Positions 42,073 to 51,903 of a stretch of 64,000 nt of DNA are shown here, one piece after another. Made by a program: the position numbers and the translations under genes. The notes under the pieces are model-generated. The model was not told where the DNA came from. It made no database searches and saw nothing but the letters and a program-made list of their open reading frames with translations. Positions within the stretch are counted from its first letter, which is position 1. Every line of letters begins with the position of its first letter. The stretch lies in the NCBI GenBank assembly GCA_015068455.1, contig SVKO01000001.1, positions 489,738 to 553,737 on the forward strand, given 5' to 3'. The stretch comes from Oscillospiraceae bacterium. GTDB lineage: Bacteria; Bacillota; Clostridia; Oscillospirales; Oscillospiraceae.

Positions 42073-44043
42073 TCAGCACATTTTCGCGCCGGCGGGGATC
42101 TTGTCGTCGAGGATGATGAGGTTGATGACCTCCTCGCCCTTTTCCTTGTGGACGGACGAGATCAGCATGCCGTTGGACTCGCGGCCCATCATCTTGCGCG
42201 GGGGCAGGTTGACGATGGCCAGCAGGGTCTTGCCCACCAGATCCTCGGGATCGTAGTACTTGGCGATGCCGGAGAGGATCTGACGCTCTTCGCCAGTACC
42301 GTCGTCCAGGGTGAACTTCAGCAGCTTATCGCTTTTCTTGACCCGCTCGCAGGTGAGCACCTTTACCGCGCGCAGATCGCTCTGGCAGAACACGTCGAAG
42401 GGGATATCCCCGGCGATGGGCTCGAATTCCTTCTCGGGCAGGGCGGCGCGGAGCTGGGCCTGATGGATGGCCTCCAGCTCGTCGAGCTCCTTGGCAAGGT
42501 CGATGCGCGGAAACAGGGGGTCGCCGCCGGTGACGGCAGCGTCGGCGGGCAGCAGCCCATAGACGCACAGGCTGTCCCAGTCCATGCGCTCGGCGCCGAT
42601 GCGACGGCCGATCTCCGCCACGGAGTCGGGCATGAAGGGAACCAGCAGGCCGGCGCAGATGCGCACGGTCTCCAGCAGATTGTACATGACCCGGGCCAGA
42701 CGCGGCGCCTGGTCGGGATCCTTCGCCAGCTTCCAGGGCTCGTTCTCGTCGATATACTTGTTGGCGCGGGAGATGACCTTGAAGACCTCGGCCAGAGCGT
42801 TCTGGAAGCTGAGCTGCTCCATCTGGGCCTCGTAGCGCTCGTGGAGGGAGCCGGCCATGGCGATGAGCTCGTCATCCTTTTCCGGATCGGCTGCCTGCTC
42901 GGCGGGCAGCTTCCCGCCGAAGAACTTGGCGATCATGGCGCAGGTGCGGGAGACCAGGTTGCCCAGGTCGTTGGCAAGGTCTGTGTTGATGGTGTTGATC
43001 AGCAGCTCATTGGAGAAGTTGCCGTCGGAGCCGAAGGGGAAGGAGCGCAGCAGGAAGAAGCGCAGGGCGTCCACGCCGTAGCGCTGGGCCAGCAGGTAGG
43101 GATCCACCACGTTGCCCTTGGACTTGGACATCTTGCCGCCGTCGAGCAGCAGCCAGCCGTGGCCGAACACATGCTTCGGCAGGGGTTCGCCCATGCTCAT
43201 GAGCATGGCGGGCCAGATGATGGTGTGGAAGCGGACGATCTCCTTGCCCACGAAATGGTAGTCCGCGGGCCAGTAGTGCTCATAATCATGGTAGCGGTCG
43301 TTGCAGAAGCCCAGGGCGGTGATATAGTTGGACAGAGCGTCCACCCAGACGTACACCACATGGCCCGGATCGAAGTCCACGGGGATGCCCCAGGTGAAGG
43401 AGGTACGCGACACGCACAGATCCTCCAGGCCCGGCTTGATGAAGTTGTTGACCATCTCGTTCACGCGGGAACGGGGCTGCAGGAAGTCGGTGTTCTCCAG
43501 CAGATCCTGCACCCGGTCGGCATACCTGGACAGACGGAAGAAGTAGGCCTCCTCCTCGGCCTCGTGGACCTCGCGGCCGCAGTCGGGGCACTTGCCGTCG
43601 ACGAGCTGGCTCTCGGTCCAGAAGGACTCGCAGGGGGTGCAGTACATGCCCTTGTAGGCGCCCTTGTAGATGTCGCCGTTGTCATACATCTTGCGGAAGA
43701 TCTTCTGGATGGCTTCCACATGGTAGTCGTCGGTGGTGCGGATGAAGCGGTCATAGGAGATGTTCATCAGCTTCCACAGATCCTTCACGCCGCCTTCGCC
43801 CAAGACGATATTGTCCACGAACTGCTGAGGGGTGATGCCGGCCTCCCGGGCCTTCTCCTCGATCTTCATGCCGTGCTCGTCGGTGCCGGTGAGGAACATG
43901 ACGTCGCAGCCGCGCAGGCGCTTATAGCGGGCCATGGCGTCGGTGGCGACGGTGCAGTAGGTATGGCCGATATGGAGCTTGGCCGAAGGATAATAGATCG
44001 GTGTGGTAATATAGAACTTTTCGCGGTCACATTTCTGGCACAT
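42073..44043 (-). CDS. metG: methionine--tRNA ligase with C-terminal tRNA-binding (EMAP-like) domain
   Basis: 656 aa. YYPSAKLHIGH (HIGH), zinc knuckles CTPCE..CPDCG, KMSKS, C-terminal OB-fold (DLRAVKVLTCERVKKSDKLLKFTLDDG). Confidence 0.97.
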   Translation of the reverse strand: MCQKCDREKFYITTPIYYPSAKLHIGHTYCTVATDAMARYKRLRGCDVMFLTGTDEHGMKIEEKAREAGITPQQFVDNIVLGEGGVKDLWKLMNISYDRFIRTTDDYHVEAIQKIFRKMYDNGDIYKGAYKGMYCTPCESFWTESQLVDGKCPDCGREVHEAEEEAYFFRLSRYADRVQDLLENTDFLQPRSRVNEMVNNFIKPGLEDLCVSRTSFTWGIPVDFDPGHVVYVWVDALSNYITALGFCNDRYHDYEHYWPADYHFVGKEIVRFHTIIWPAMLMSMGEPLPKHVFGHGWLLLDGGKMSKSKGNVVDPYLLAQRYGVDALRFFLLRSFPFGSDGNFSNELLINTINTDLANDLGNLVSRTCAMIAKFFGGKLPAEQAADPEKDDELIAMAGSLHERYEAQMEQLSFQNALAEVFKVISRANKYIDENEPWKLAKDPDQAPRLARVMYNLLETVRICAGLLVPFMPDSVAEIGRRIGAERMDWDSLCVYGLLPADAAVTGGDPLFPRIDLAKELDELEAIHQAQLRAALPEKEFEPIAGDIPFDVFCQSDLRAVKVLTCERVKKSDKLLKFTLDDGTGEERQILSGIAKYYDPEDLVGKTLLAIVNLPPRKMMGRESNGMLISSVHKEKGEEVINLIILDDKIPAGAKMC

Positions 44044-44100
44044 TAAAATGCCTCCTCTCCCTGTCCGCGCGAATGGGCGCGGACAAAAATCACTTTTACC

Positions 44101-44129
44101 ATTATAAAGAAAATACCCCGAAAAATCAA
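44101..44129 (-). promoter_or_regulatory. sigma-A promoter of metG
   Basis: Minus strand TTGATT (44129-44124), 17 nt, TATAAT (44106-44101). The short leader contains hairpin GTCCGCGC..GCGCGGAC (44063-44084) just before the RBS. Confidence 0.65.
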
Positions 44130-44157
44130 CAGATAATCCGATTTTTAGAATTTAACG

Positions 44158-44198
44158 CAAAAACAGCCCGCCGCAGATCGGGTTCTGCAGCGGGCTGT
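44158..44198 (-). terminator. intrinsic terminator of the PP2C sensor gene
   Basis: Minus strand CAGCCCGCTGCAG..CTGCGGCGGGCTG followed by TTTTTGCG. Confidence 0.8.
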
Positions 44199-44208
44199 GA
44201 CGATGGAA

Positions 44209-47200
44209 TCATTCAGAGGCCCCGGCGCCGTCCTGGCCGCGGTACTCGAGGCACAGCATGGTCAGGTCGTCGAACTGTTCGGCATCCTTCACGAATTCGT
44301 CCACCGCCCTGCGGACGTTTTTCAAAATCTGCTCCGGCGCCGCCGCCGGCGCCTCATTGAGCGCGGCGAGCATCCGCTCCGTGCCGAACATCTGATTCTC
44401 CGCGTCCGTCGCCTCGGGCACGCCGTCGGTATAGAGGAACAGCTTGTCGCCGGGCGCCAGCGCGATCTCATACTCCCTGTACTTCATGTTCTCCATGCCG
44501 CCGATGACAAAGCCGTGCTTGTCCTTCAGCAGCTCGAATTTTTTATCCAGGCACAGGACCGGATACTCGTGTCCGGCGTTGGCTGCCGTGAGCTTGCCGG
44601 TGCTGATCTCCAGAATGCCCAACCAGACCGTGACAAACATATCCACCTGGTTGTTTGAGGAAAGCGCCTCGTTGGTCTTGGTCAGGATCTCCGCCGGGGC
44701 GCGTCCGAGCATGGCGCAGCTCTGCAGGATCACCTTGGAGACCATCATGAACAGGGCGGCGGGGATGCCCTTGCCGCTGACGTCCGCCATCACCATGCAC
44801 AGGTGGTCGTCGTCGATCAGGAAGTAGTCGTAGAAGTCGCCGCCCACCTCTCTGGCCGGGTCCATGGAAGCGCAGATATCGAATTCACGGCGGTCGGGGA
44901 AGGCGGTGTGCGGGAGCATGCTGTTCTGGATCTGACTGGCCATGGAGAGCTCTGTGCCGATGCGCTGACGCTCTGTCTCCGCCCGGTGCTTTTCCTCCAG
45001 AATGCGGATCCGCCTGCGCACATAGGCGCCGACGCCCGTCGACAGGACGGCGACGGTGAGCAGAGCGGCGAGGAGATAGAACCACGGATTTTCGAAAAAT
45101 GCACGTTCTTTGGTGATTTTCACGCTGGCCTGGTTGTTGCCGCGGCCCAGGGGATTGTCCAGCTGCACCGAAAAGGTATAAGTCCCGCCGGGAAGATTCG
45201 TGTAGTCGACGGGGGTCAGCTCGTCCCGGTTCAGCGTAACGCTCTCCCGGTCAAAGCCGTACAGACAGTAGCGCACCTCGGGATTGATCAGGGAATAGTT
45301 GAAAACGTAGGGATAGACGGTCAGCTTCCGCACCTGGGAGCCGACGGTGAAATTGCCCGCCTTATCGGGATAGATCCGCACGCCGTCGGCATCGACAAAG
45401 GGCACCGCAAGCTTCAGCGCGTTTACGCTGTCGATCGGCGCTTCGATGTCCACCGTTGTCACGCCGGAGGCGCCGGCGATGTACAGGATGCCGTCCCCGG
45501 TCAGCTCACTGTAGCCGTTGGATGTGGGGATGGAGGGCAGGCCGTTGGCGACGCCGATATAGATGGGCCGCAGGTCGGCGTCCTCCAGCAGATCGTCCAC
45601 GCTCAGGACATAGACGCCGTTGCCGCTGAGGACCCACATTTCGTCCCGGCTGTTTTCATACAGATCGAAATTGTTGAAATAAGGGAAATGCTCCAGGGTG
45701 GTCACCTGGCCGTCCGGGCTCATCCAGGCCAGGGAATTGCCCGTGACGATCCAGTAGATGTCGCGGGTCCGGTCGCGCTTGATGCGCATGACGACGCCCG
45801 ATTGCAGGCCGCTCTCCTTGTTGATCTGACGGACGCCGTCCCTGCCGATGATATAGATGCCGTCGCTGTCGGTGCCGACGAAGATCTCTCCCTCCGGGCC
45901 CTCGCAGACCGTGAGGATATCGGTGTTTCCGATGCCGACCTCCGGCCCGTAGGACGCCGTGACCCGGTCGCCTTCGATCACGTTTACGCCGCCGGTGCAG
46001 GCCACAAGGAAGGAGCCGTCGCTGCGCTCGACCACCGTGCGCACCCGGTCGGAAAACAGGCCGTCCTCCGGGCCGAAGATCTTCAGATCGCCGTGATCAT
46101 AGCGCAGCAGACCCAGGCTGCGCCATGTGGAGATCCAGAGGCGGTCGCTGCTGTCGCGCATGATGGAGCGGATGCGGACGCCGTCGAGCAGCTTGATGAG
46201 GTTGTTGGTCGTTTCATCGGGCAGAGCGTTGTACCTGGGGATGTGCTGGGGCGAGGCGAGGGGAATGTGATACACAATGGCGGCGTCGCGGAGGACTCGC
46301 AGGCCGGTGTCCGTACCGATAAACAGCTTGTCGCCGTACATACAGGTGGAATTGACCACCGCCTCGGGCAGACCGCTGCTCTGAAACAGGTCGGAGAATC
46401 GGTTGGGTACGAGCTTCATCACGCCCTGGCGTGTGGAGGTGAACCAGAGATTGCCCTCATAGTCCATCGTCACACTCTCAACGGAGCCGTTCATGGGGAT
46501 ATCCTGCAGCGTATGGAAGCCCTGCTTGTCCAGATAGCCGACGCCGTTTCCGGCGCAGATCCAGAGCTTCCCGTCGATGAAACGGAACGCCTGCACGAAT
46601 TGCAGCGGGCGGATGTCAATGCTGCCGGCGTCGCTGAAGCCGTTTTCCGGCGTGCCGTAATGGACAAGGCCGTTCTTGGATTCGATGTACATATAGCCGG
46701 GATGTTCGGGATCGGGCATGATGCCGCTGACGCCCTTGAACCGGCAGTTGCCGCGCTCAAGGAACCAGAGCATCTCGCCGGCGTGCATGGAGAAGATATC
46801 ACCGTCGTTGGTCAGACCGTAGATTTTGCCGTCTTTTCCGCGCTGGAGCTCGTGCAGGAAGGTGTCCGTCACCCGGGCATCCTCCGGCAGACGGAGCGTC
46901 AGATCCTGGTCGATCAGGGCGAGACCGCCGGTGGAGGCCACATAGATCAGGCCGGTATCGTCCTCATGAATGTCGCGGATGGACAGGCCCTGCAGGCCGT
47001 CCGCCTCGTTCCAGTGGCGGATGCTGCCATCCTTCATCAGGAACAGGCCGTTGTCGTTGGTGCCGACCCACAGCCGGTCACGGCTGTCCACATACAGGCA
47101 CCGGACGCTGGTGATGCCCGAGGAGGAATCCATGCGCACAAAGGTGTTGCCGTCATAACGGATCAGACCGCCGTAACAGCCGATCCAGAGGAAGCCCTCG

Positions 47201-47463
47201 CTCGTCTGGGCGATGGCGTTGGCCTCGGAGGTGGGCAGACCGTTGGTGTTGTCATAGAGCACGGCGGAGTAGGTGTCGGGGGCGCCGGGGTCGATGGCGA
47301 GCGCGCTTCTGCGCCGGTCGCCGGCGGCCGGATATGACGAGGCTCCGGCGCAGAGCGCGGGGAGCATGCTTTGGGCAACAAGCATGGCCGCCAGCGCCAG
47401 AAGGGCAAGCCTTCTGACGCGGCGGCGCGCAGATTTTTTGTTTGCAAGTGTTCGACGATCCAT
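44209..47463 (-). CDS. extracytoplasmic beta-propeller (Reg_prop repeats) + Y_Y_Y domain sensor fused through one TM helix to a PP2C/SpoIIE-type Ser/Thr phosphatase
   Basis: Start reset to ATG 47463 (GAGGAG RBS; signal/anchor RRLALLALAAMLVAQSMLPALCAGA). Repeated ..LWIGT/LWVGT..GL..YD propeller blades. YPYVFNYSLINPEVRYCLYGFD Y_Y_Y motif. TM WFYLLAALLTVAVLSTGVGAYV. PP2C motifs REVGGDFYDYF, MADVSGKGIPAALFM, LYTDGVPE. Confidence 0.85.
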   Translation of the reverse strand: MDRRTLANKKSARRRVRRLALLALAAMLVAQSMLPALCAGASSYPAAGDRRRSALAIDPGAPDTYSAVLYDNTNGLPTSEANAIAQTSEGFLWIGCYGGLIRYDGNTFVRMDSSSGITSVRCLYVDSRDRLWVGTNDNGLFLMKDGSIRHWNEADGLQGLSIRDIHEDDTGLIYVASTGGLALIDQDLTLRLPEDARVTDTFLHELQRGKDGKIYGLTNDGDIFSMHAGEMLWFLERGNCRFKGVSGIMPDPEHPGYMYIESKNGLVHYGTPENGFSDAGSIDIRPLQFVQAFRFIDGKLWICAGNGVGYLDKQGFHTLQDIPMNGSVESVTMDYEGNLWFTSTRQGVMKLVPNRFSDLFQSSGLPEAVVNSTCMYGDKLFIGTDTGLRVLRDAAIVYHIPLASPQHIPRYNALPDETTNNLIKLLDGVRIRSIMRDSSDRLWISTWRSLGLLRYDHGDLKIFGPEDGLFSDRVRTVVERSDGSFLVACTGGVNVIEGDRVTASYGPEVGIGNTDILTVCEGPEGEIFVGTDSDGIYIIGRDGVRQINKESGLQSGVVMRIKRDRTRDIYWIVTGNSLAWMSPDGQVTTLEHFPYFNNFDLYENSRDEMWVLSGNGVYVLSVDDLLEDADLRPIYIGVANGLPSIPTSNGYSELTGDGILYIAGASGVTTVDIEAPIDSVNALKLAVPFVDADGVRIYPDKAGNFTVGSQVRKLTVYPYVFNYSLINPEVRYCLYGFDRESVTLNRDELTPVDYTNLPGGTYTFSVQLDNPLGRGNNQASVKITKERAFFENPWFYLLAALLTVAVLSTGVGAYVRRRIRILEEKHRAETERQRIGTELSMASQIQNSMLPHTAFPDRREFDICASMDPAREVGGDFYDYFLIDDDHLCMVMADVSGKGIPAALFMMVSKVILQSCAMLGRAPAEILTKTNEALSSNNQVDMFVTVWLGILEISTGKLTAANAGHEYPVLCLDKKFELLKDKHGFVIGGMENMKYREYEIALAPGDKLFLYTDGVPEATDAENQMFGTERMLAALNEAPAAAPEQILKNVRRAVDEFVKDAEQFDDLTMLCLEYRGQDGAGASE

Positions 47464-47529
47464 TGCTGCAAGCTCCTCAGAGAAGTTATGCAGGCGCAAA
47501 ACACGGGAAAACCTGCCGGATTTATATAC

Positions 47530-47558
47530 ATTATACCATGCAAAAATCCCGATGGCAA
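47530..47558 (-). promoter_or_regulatory. sigma-A promoter of the PP2C sensor gene
   Basis: Minus strand TTGCCA (47558-47553), 17 nt, TATAAT (47535-47530). Confidence 0.6.
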
Positions 47559-47565
47559 CGAAAAA

Positions 47566-47601
47566 GCGCGAAAAAGGGCCGCCCCCAAAACGAGGCGGCC
47601 C
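47566..47601 (-). terminator. intrinsic terminator of the ABC exporter operon
   Basis: GGGCCGCC-loop-GGCGGCCC stem (47576-47601), followed on the minus strand by TTTTTCGCGCTTTTT. Confidence 0.8.
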
Positions 47602-47617
47602 TGAAACGGCACGGAGA

Positions 47618-49222
47618 TCACAGGTTTTCAAAAATGGCGGCGCCGCGTCTGGCGATCCAGAGGTTGATCAGCGCCACGCTCAGACCGAGGACGATGCACC
47701 AGATCCCGAGATAGAGTTCCGGCCGGAGCACCTTGCCCAGGAAGATGTAGGGCACGATGATGGCTGCGGCCAGGGCCCAGAAGCCGAACAGAGCAATGAA
47801 CACAGGCATGCTCTGCTTGATGGGCACGCCCTCGCTGGTCCAGTTCAGATTGGGCCGCAGCAGGTTGAGGGCCAGGCCGCCCGCCGAGCTCAGGCACGCG
47901 GACAGGGCGCAGATGGCGATGAACAGCACGGATTGGGCAATCGGCATCTGCGCGACGAGGCACAGGCACAGACTCATCAGTATCGTCAGGGGCAGCACGA
48001 GCACCAGGTGCATCATCTGCTTGGCGTCCAGCACGTCCCGGGCGCGCACCGGCATGCTCTGGATCAGCCAGAGGCTCTTGCCCTCAAGGCTGACGGAGGG
48101 GGCGGTGATGGCGTTCATGCCGACGATCGACACGGCGAGGCCCGCAAGGATCACAGGCAGCAGAGGCGCAAAGGACGGATTTTCCAGGAGCAGGCGGCTG
48201 AGGACCGGCCGGATCTGCGCAGCCTTGATCACCACCAGCACTGCGATACCGAGCATCATGACGAGGCCGAGGCCGCAGTTGAGCATATAGGTGGCGTTGG
48301 CGGTGAAGCGTTTGAACTCCCGCCGCAGCAGGGCGGACTTCATGCCGGCGGTCTTCACGGGCTTCTCGCGGTAAACCGCCTTCTTCTCGCCCCGGTTGAC
48401 GGTGACGATGCGCAGGAAGGTGCGCGAGAGGACAAAATAGATGACGGCGAACAGCGCCGCGGCGATCAGCGCGAGGATGAGAAGCGACAGCGCGCTGCCC
48501 GCGCCGGCCAGGCCCATCTGATAGAAGGGATAGAGCCAGCTTTTCATGGCCCGGGCGACTTCATCGGTGTGCTGCGTGATCTGCTGCAGATAGGTGTTGG
48601 CCTTGATAATGAAAACATAATACAGGGCAAAGAACACCAGCGACACAAAGACGGTGATGAAGCTCTTGTTCTTCAGCCGGGCGGAGATCAGCGCCACCAC
48701 CCAGCCGAGGATGCAGCACAGGCTCAGCACGAACAGCGACAGCACCAGCGTCAGACCGATGGGGCAGAGGATGCGCGCGGCGTTGACCGGCACGAGGATC
48801 CAGTAGATGATGATCGTGGGCAGCATGACCTCGGCCTCGTACATCAGGCCCAGGGCATACACGCCGATGAGGCGGGAGGCCAGCAGCTTGCGCGGCGGGA
48901 TGGGCATGGCCAGAAGCAGATCATTGTCCTTGGCGGCATAGAGGCTGGAATAGGTGTTGAACACGCTGCCGAAAACGCCCATGAACATGGCGATCAGACT
49001 GAACAGGGAGAAATACAGCCAGTCCTGGCCCTGGCCCAGCAAATCCGCGCCCATGCCGAAGGCAAGAACGGCGAACACGGCGCACAGGAACAGCATCAGG
49101 ATCGCAAACCCTGCAATAATGCCGATGATCGCGCCGCGGCTGCGGGCCCTGCCGGTTTTTCGATTCAGAAAAAAGGATTGAAACAGCTCCATGAACTGCT
49201 TTTTGACGAGAGCTTTCAGCAT
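47618..49222 (-). CDS. putative ABC exporter permease (large polytopic 'ABC_export'-type protein)
   Basis: 534 aa with about 12 TM segments. MLKALVKKQFMELFQSFFLNRKTGRARS opening typical of this permease family. Its ATG is 1 nt after the ATPase stop. Confidence 0.78.
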   Translation of the reverse strand: MLKALVKKQFMELFQSFFLNRKTGRARSRGAIIGIIAGFAILMLFLCAVFAVLAFGMGADLLGQGQDWLYFSLFSLIAMFMGVFGSVFNTYSSLYAAKDNDLLLAMPIPPRKLLASRLIGVYALGLMYEAEVMLPTIIIYWILVPVNAARILCPIGLTLVLSLFVLSLCCILGWVVALISARLKNKSFITVFVSLVFFALYYVFIIKANTYLQQITQHTDEVARAMKSWLYPFYQMGLAGAGSALSLLILALIAAALFAVIYFVLSRTFLRIVTVNRGEKKAVYREKPVKTAGMKSALLRREFKRFTANATYMLNCGLGLVMMLGIAVLVVIKAAQIRPVLSRLLLENPSFAPLLPVILAGLAVSIVGMNAITAPSVSLEGKSLWLIQSMPVRARDVLDAKQMMHLVLVLPLTILMSLCLCLVAQMPIAQSVLFIAICALSACLSSAGGLALNLLRPNLNWTSEGVPIKQSMPVFIALFGFWALAAAIIVPYIFLGKVLRPELYLGIWCIVLGLSVALINLWIARRGAAIFENL

Positions 49223-49223
49223 A

Positions 49224-49952
49224 TCATTTCTCCTCCAGCTCCAGGAAGACGGACTCCAGGGAGCTGTCGCCGCGGACCTCCTCCATGGTGCCCGAGCGGA
49301 TCAGCCGGCCGTCGCGGATGATGGCGACCTTGTCGCAGAGCTTTTCCGCCACCTCCAGCACGTGGGTGGAGAAGAAGATGGCGCCGCCCTGGTTGCAGAT
49401 GTCGCGCATGATGCCCTTGAGGGTGTGGGCGGCCACGGGATCGAGGCCCACGAAGGGCTCGTCCATGAGGATGAGCTTCGGCGCATGGATCAGCGCGGAG
49501 ATGACCGCCAGCTTCTGCTTCATGCCGTGGGAGTAGGCGGAGATGGGCTGCGCCAGGTCATCCGTGAGTTCAAAGGCGTCTGCGTAGTGACGGATGCGCG
49601 AGGCGCGGGTGTCGGCGTCCACGCCGAAAATATCCGCGATGAAGTTCAGGAAGCCGATGCCCGTCATGTAGTCGTACAGGTCGGGGTTGTCGGGAATGTA
49701 GGCCATGTCGCGCTTGCAGGCAAGGGGATGGGTCTTGATGCTGCGCGCTTCGAGATTCGGCCACTGCCCGCCCACATAGATTTCTCCTTCGTCGAAACGC
49801 AGGATGCCCGCCACGCTCTTGAGGGTGGTGGTCTTGCCGGCGCCGTTGTGGCCGATGAAGCCGTAGATCTCGCCGGGGCGGATGTGCAGGCTCAGATCGT
49901 CCACGGCCTTTTTCTCGCCGTAGGTTTTCGTCAGATGCTCAATTTTCAGCAT
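49224..49952 (-). CDS. ABC transporter ATP-binding protein
   Basis: Start reset to ATG 49952 (MLKIEHLTKTYG). Walker A GHNGAGKTTTLK, signature YSHGMKQKL, Walker B LILMDEP; 242 aa. Confidence 0.93.
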   Translation of the reverse strand: MLKIEHLTKTYGEKKAVDDLSLHIRPGEIYGFIGHNGAGKTTTLKSVAGILRFDEGEIYVGGQWPNLEARSIKTHPLACKRDMAYIPDNPDLYDYMTGIGFLNFIADIFGVDADTRASRIRHYADAFELTDDLAQPISAYSHGMKQKLAVISALIHAPKLILMDEPFVGLDPVAAHTLKGIMRDICNQGGAIFFSTHVLEVAEKLCDKVAIIRDGRLIRSGTMEEVRGDSSLESVFLELEEK

Positions 49953-50002
49953 GATGGGTTCCTTTCTTTCGCTAATTCGATTGTGTAATAACGCGCTATT
50001 CC

Positions 50003-50030
50003 AGTATAACAGGCGGTCGAAAATTGTCAA
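50003..50030 (-). promoter_or_regulatory. sigma-A promoter of the ABC exporter operon
   Basis: Minus strand TTGACA (50030-50025), 16 nt, TATACT (50008-50003). Confidence 0.6.
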
Positions 50031-50144
50031 CCGCCCGACAGCCCGGCGGCGGCAATTTCGGCCGATCCGTGCAATCTGCGTGCGCGAAGCGCGGACTTTT
50101 TGGGCGTTTTTGTCCGCCGGGTTGCCCTTTTGACGAATCTTCCC

Positions 50145-50173
50145 TTGCTTTTGTTCCCGGGTTTGACTATAAT
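50145..50173 (+). promoter_or_regulatory. sigma-A promoter of the AEC transporter-HD gene pair
   Basis: TTGCTT (50145-50150), 17 nt, TATAAT (50168-50173). Confidence 0.55.
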
Positions 50174-50255
50174 AATGCTGCATTTTTGCGCCGAAAGGCG
50201 GCCGGATCCCCGGCCGCGGCGCAGGCAGAATTTTATCGTTTCACAGGAGGCCGAA

Positions 50256-51197
50256 TTGGACATTTCTCAAATCTTTATCCAGATGCTGATCCTGTTTCTG
50301 CTGATCGCCCTGGGTTACGGAAGCACCAAGGCGAAGATCCTGACCGCCGAATCCGGCAGACATCTGACGAATCTGGTGCTGTACATCACAAATCCGTGTA
50401 CGATCCTGTACAGCGTCCTGTCCGGCAAGGCCATGCTCACGGTGCCGGAGGTGCTGGCGCTGACCGGCATCGCCCTGGTATTCTATCTGGTCCTGGTGGG
50501 CCTGGCCCACTTCGTGCCGAAGCTGCTGCGGGTGAGCCCGGAGGAGACGGGCGTGTACCGGTTCATGACCGTGTTCGGCAACATCGGCTTCATGGGCTTC
50601 CCCGTGGTGCGGGCCATCTTCGGCCAGGGGGCGGTGTTCTATGCCTCCATTTTCAACCTGTTTTATCAGCTCTTTGCCTATACCTACGGCATCCGCCAGA
50701 TCTCCCGGGATCCCCGGGACGCCAGGTTTTCCCCGCGTTCCCTGCTGCAGCCCGTGGTCATCGCGGCGCTGGTCAGCTATATCATTTATCTGTGCGGCGT
50801 GCAGGAGGCCGTCGCCGGAAGCATGCCCGGCGGCATCCTGACAAAGCTGCTGGGCATGGTGGACGGCATCACCAGCCCCCTGTGCATGATCATCACCGGC
50901 GTGGGCCTGGCCCAGATCCCCCTGAAAAAGGTATTCACCAACCGGCGGCTGTACATCCTCTCCCTGGGCAAGCAGGTGCTGCTGCCGGTGCTGGCCTATG
51001 CGCTGCTGAGCCCCTTCGTGACCAACCGGCTGATGCTGGGCATCTGCATCATCATGGCGGCCATGCCCATCGGCACCATGACGAGCCTCTTCTGCACCCG
51101 GTACGACGGTCCGGTGGACACCGCCTCGGCGGGCATCTTCCTGAGTACGCTTTTGAGCATCCCCGCGGTGCCGCTGATCATGGCGCTGCTGTTCTGA
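50256..51197 (+). CDS. auxin efflux carrier (AEC) family transporter
   Basis: TTG start at 50256, 6 nt after AGGAGG. (M)DISQIFIQMLILFLLIALGYGSTKAKIL.. with about 10 TM segments in two halves; about 313 aa. Confidence 0.82.
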   Translation: MDISQIFIQMLILFLLIALGYGSTKAKILTAESGRHLTNLVLYITNPCTILYSVLSGKAMLTVPEVLALTGIALVFYLVLVGLAHFVPKLLRVSPEETGVYRFMTVFGNIGFMGFPVVRAIFGQGAVFYASIFNLFYQLFAYTYGIRQISRDPRDARFSPRSLLQPVVIAALVSYIIYLCGVQEAVAGSMPGGILTKLLGMVDGITSPLCMIITGVGLAQIPLKKVFTNRRLYILSLGKQVLLPVLAYALLSPFVTNRLMLGICIIMAAMPIGTMTSLFCTRYDGPVDTASAGIFLSTLLSIPAVPLIMALLF

Positions 51198-51206
51198 GGT
51201 GATCAT

Positions 51207-51782
51207 ATGACCCCGAAGGAATTCCTTGACATTGTCCACACCTGCGAGGGGCTGAAAAACGTCACCCGCCACTGCGACACCTCGGCCGGCCGCCGGGAGA
51301 GCGTGGCGGAGCACTGCTGGCGGCTGAGCCTCATGGCGGCGCTGCTGCGGGAGCAGTTTCCCGGGCTCGACACCGACCGGGTGACGGAGCTGTGCCTGGT
51401 GCATGATCTGGGCGAGCTGTTCACCGGCGACGTGCCGGCCTTCCAAAAGACCGAAGCCGACCGCGCCCGGGAGCGGGCGCGGTTCCGGGACTGGGTCGAC
51501 GCCCTGCCGGAGCCCCTGCGCGGCCGAATGTCGGCGCTGTGCGCCGAGCTGGAGGCGGGGCAGACGGGGGAGGCGAAGCTCTGCCGGGCTCTGGACCGGC
51601 TGGAGGCCCTCATCCAGCACAACGAGGCGGACATCGCCTCCTGGCTGCCCCTGGAATACGATCTCCAGCAGACCTACGGCCTGCGGGATTGTGCCTTCGA
51701 CCCCTGGGTAAACGCGCTGCGGCAGCTCGTTCTGAAAGAAAGCCTGGATAAAATCGCCGGAGAAGCCCAGAAATTGGAATGA
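51207..51782 (+). CDS. HD-domain phosphohydrolase (YfbR/HD_3-like), second paralog in the window
   Basis: 191 aa. ESVAEHCWRLSLMAALL, CLVHDLGELFTGDVPAF, EALIQHNEAD. Confidence 0.82.
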   Translation: MTPKEFLDIVHTCEGLKNVTRHCDTSAGRRESVAEHCWRLSLMAALLREQFPGLDTDRVTELCLVHDLGELFTGDVPAFQKTEADRARERARFRDWVDALPEPLRGRMSALCAELEAGQTGEAKLCRALDRLEALIQHNEADIASWLPLEYDLQQTYGLRDCAFDPWVNALRQLVLKESLDKIAGEAQKLE

Positions 51783-51838
51783 ATTTCCAAGTTTGCTGAT
51801 AAATATGAAAAAATTTTGAACAAACCGGGCCGAAACAG

Positions 51839-51867
51839 TTGAAAACGCTTTAAATCGCTGTTACAAT
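51839..51867 (+). promoter_or_regulatory. sigma-A promoter of the SNF transporter gene
   Basis: TTGAAA (51839-51844), 17 nt, TACAAT (51862-51867). Confidence 0.6.
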
Positions 51868-51903
51868 AAATGATATCTTTTTGAGAAAGAAGGAGAAACT
51901 TTC

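Noticed and set aside
44044-44100. T-box or other riboswitch leader upstream of metG
   Set aside because: The distance from the predicted -10 to the ATG is only about 55 nt, with one short hairpin. There is no specifier loop or T-box sequence, and the leader is far too short.
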